Source: an uncultured Actinomycetes bacterium
Lineage (GTDB): Bacteria > Actinomycetota > Thermoleophilia > UBA2241
Length of the DNA: 64,000 bases
Assembly: GCA_963725665.1 (NCBI GenBank)
Contig: CAVRZA010000011.1
Span: 416,001 to 480,000, forward strand
Reading direction: 5' to 3'
Shown here: positions 61,597 through 64,000 of the stretch, piece by piece
Numbering within the stretch: the first letter of the stretch is position 1
Layout: every line of letters begins with the position of its first letter
Made by a program: the position numbers and the translations under genes
Notes under the pieces: generated by a model
What the model was told of the DNA's origin: nothing
Seen by the model: the letters and a program-made list of their open reading frames with translations, nothing else
The model's database searches: none

Positions 61597-62966
61597 GGGC
61601 CGGTTCCGCCCCGTCGGTCGCGCATCTCATCCAAGAGAGCCGCAAGCTCGCCGGTGAGGCGGCGGCCATCGTAGCGGGCCACTTTGTCGGGGGCGGGCGG
61701 CGCGATCGATCCCGATCGCGCCGCCCGCACGAACTCGGCCAGCCGCTCGGCCAGCGTCTCGTCCGGCATGAGCGACCGGCCTCCGCCGATGTCTGCCAGT
61801 AGCTGAGCGGCGGCGGATTCGGGCGACGTCAGGGCGACGATGGGGCGGTCGGCGGCTATGTACTCGAAGATCTTGGAGGTGAGCGACTCCGGGGCCACTC
61901 CCGGGATGAGGAGGAGCGCGTCGGCCGCGCGCTGGTAGCCACGCGCGACGGCGCGTGGTGCGAGGGGCTTCACCTGCACCCGGTCGGCGATCCCCAGCTC
62001 GGCGGCGCGCGCGTGCAGCAGCTGTCCCTCGACCCCGAGGAAGAGCGCCTTGACGTTGTGGGGCAGGTCAGCGAGCGCCTCTAAGAAGCGCATGACGTGC
62101 GGCACGCGTATCCCGTACAGGCGGCCGGTGTAGACGATCCAGAAGGACTCGCGAGGGAGCTCGATCGGGGCGACCTCCTCCTGGGGGTCGAAGCCGTTGG
62201 GGACGACGTGCACCGGCGGGGCCGCACCGGGGTAGCGCCGCCGCAGGTCCTCGGCGATCGGCTCGTTGATGGCGGTGGCGGTGGCGGCCTGCGCGAGAGC
62301 CAGTCGCTGAAGTGAGGAATGCGCCCAGCGGTGCAGTGGCGTCGGCGGCCGCATCGACTGAGGCACGGGCCACGGGTCACGGTAGTCGGCCAGCCAGGGC
62401 AGCCCGCTCTCGTACGCGAGCCGGGCGGCGATGAGGTGCGTGCTGGCGACGGGGAAGCTCGAGAAGATGGCATCGTAGCGCTCTTCGTGCAGCAGGCGCC
62501 GCCCCAGCATGATGCCGGGCAGGATCCAGCCTATGTACGGGTCGGGGACGAACAGCCAATCGTTGATGACTTCGCGGCGCAGCAGCCGGCGTGGCGGCCT
62601 TCCCGCGTTGGTGTGGGCCTCCGCCTGCGGCGGTCGCGAGGCGGCCTGGCCTTGATCGACCGTGTCGCCTCCTCCTCCGCCGCTACTCGCGGTGCGCCCG
62701 CCACGGCGAGCCTGAGAGGCTGTCGCGAGGAGTCTGCCACCGAACGCGTAGAGTCCGTGCGGTCTCGGTGCCGCCGCGCGCACGATGCGGACTCCCGGCG
62801 GGTCGGGCACCGGTCCGGTCAGGCGTGCTGAGAGCACCACGGGTTCCCAGCCGAACTCGGGAAGGTAGCGGATGAAGCGAAGCTGGCGCGCGTTGCCCCC
62901 GGTGGCGAGGGGCGGGAAGTAATTGGCCACCATCAGCACTCTGCAGGGCGGTCGCCGTTCGCTCAC
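61593..62966 (-). CDS. GT4-like glycosyltransferase
   Basis: YFPP, VPDP..GW, DYRDPW, PNGFD, SKIFEY. Confidence 0.85.
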   Translation of the reverse strand: MSERRPPCRVLMVANYFPPLATGGNARQLRFIRYLPEFGWEPVVLSARLTGPVPDPPGVRIVRAAAPRPHGLYAFGGRLLATASQARRGGRTASSGGGGGDTVDQGQAASRPPQAEAHTNAGRPPRRLLRREVINDWLFVPDPYIGWILPGIMLGRRLLHEERYDAIFSSFPVASTHLIAARLAYESGLPWLADYRDPWPVPQSMRPPTPLHRWAHSSLQRLALAQAATATAINEPIAEDLRRRYPGAAPPVHVVPNGFDPQEEVAPIELPRESFWIVYTGRLYGIRVPHVMRFLEALADLPHNVKALFLGVEGQLLHARAAELGIADRVQVKPLAPRAVARGYQRAADALLLIPGVAPESLTSKIFEYIAADRPIVALTSPESAAAQLLADIGGGRSLMPDETLAERLAEFVRAARSGSIAPPAPDKVARYDGRRLTGELAALLDEMRDRRGGTGP

Positions 62967-63086
62967 GAGCGACCCTGCCTGCGGCTACGTTGGATGTGAG
63001 GGTTCCGGCCGGTCACAAGCCGGGGATTCTACCATCAGGGGTGCTTGCCGGACGGGTGGGCAAGCGGGGGCTGCGGCCGGCGCTCG

Positions 63087-64000
63087 TCACGTCCCCAGTT
63101 CCTCCCCAGGACGTATGCCCAGCCGCTCGGCCGTCTCCACCTCCTGCTCCTCGGCGTCCCGCAGCTCGTCGAGCGTGAGCTCGGCGAGCTCCTCTTGGTC
63201 GGCACTCGTCGCGACCCCGGTTGGTGTCCGCTCCCGCTGCGCGTCCGGCTGCGCCGCCGCGGGGGTGGGCGCCGCCACCATCGGTCGCTCCGCCGCGGCA
63301 GCTGGTGTCGTCTCCGCGGCGGCCTTCTCGGCCTGAGGCAGCGGCCTGCGCTGCCGCGCTTCGCGCGCCAGACGCAAGGGGTGGAGAAGCTGCAGCGCGA
63401 TGCGCTTCAGCGCCGGCAGCTCGCCGGGCGTGAAGAAACGGAGCGCGAGCAGCGTGGCCGGGAAGAGCGCCAGCGCCGGCAGCTTGTAGAGCTGGTCTAG
63501 CGCGAGGGTGTCGATCGGCGCGTAGACGGATTCGCCGCTGACCTTCGCGATGAGCCAGGCCGCGACGAGGGTCGCGGCCGTCGCCGCCGAGATCTTGACC
63601 AGCCTCCCGAGCTCGTGGGAGATCCTGTAGTAGTGCTGTGACACGGCGCGCATCAGGAACGTCAGCACGGCGAACCCGATGAGCGTCGACCAGGCGGCGG
63701 CGATGTAGCCGTAGCGAGGGATGAAGACGATGTTCAGGCCGACGTTGAGAAGGGCGGCGGCGGTGACGGCCACTGGGATCAGGCGGTTCTTCTTCATCAC
63801 GTTGGCGCCCACCGCCATGATGTAGTACGCACCGAAGAAGAGTGTCGAGAAGGCCAGCACGAGGGTGGCCGGCCCCACCGACCAGTAGTCGGGTTTGCGC
63901 AGCAGCAGGCGCACCCACACCGGCATGAAGACGCCCAAGACGACGATGATGCTCACCGAGAGCAGACAGAAGTAGGTGAAGCCGCGGGCTACCAGCCGTT
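63087..64000 (-). CDS. Wzx-like flippase, 3' part (runs off the window)
   Basis: LNVGLNIVFIPRYGYIAAAWST; multiple TM helices. Confidence 0.8.
   Translation of the reverse strand, partial: RLVARGFTYFCLLSVSIIVVLGVFMPVWVRLLLRKPDYWSVGPATLVLAFSTLFFGAYYIMAVGANVMKKNRLIPVAVTAAALLNVGLNIVFIPRYGYIAAAWSTLIGFAVLTFLMRAVSQHYYRISHELGRLVKISAATAATLVAAWLIAKVSGESVYAPIDTLALDQLYKLPALALFPATLLALRFFTPGELPALKRIALQLLHPLRLAREARQRRPLPQAEKAAAETTPAAAAERPMVAAPTPAAAQPDAQRERTPTGVATSADQEELAELTLDELRDAEEQEVETAERLGIRPGEELGT

Overview
High-GC bacterial DNA, probably actinobacterial and Thermoleophilia-like (inferred from gene content and style). Layout: (1) 0.1-17.5 kb, a polyphosphate/Pho island (ppk1, sixA, CYTH-CHAD, ppx, ppk2, DUF47-like, phoBR, pstSCAB-phoU, small ORFs, arsC). 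Five of its promoters share an 11-bp-periodic CTAAC repeat, a candidate lineage-specific PHO box. (2) 17.7-26.3 kb, cell-wall enzymes and rml genes. (3) 26.3-38.4 kb, housekeeping and regulatory genes. (4) 38.4-41.9 kb, an integron-like cassette array with three attC sites, an attI-like site and no integrase in the window (CALIN). It ends in an antisense AbrB/Doc toxin-antitoxin cassette whose toxin is interrupted by an IS21 remnant. (5) trpB2 preceded by a candidate Trp leader peptide, a REC-EAL gene and a ureohydrolase. (6) 46.8-64 kb, a surface polysaccharide locus. About eight single-base frameshifts, mostly in G/C runs, suggest long-read consensus errors. All calls come from reading the sequence and recognising motifs; no database searches were run.
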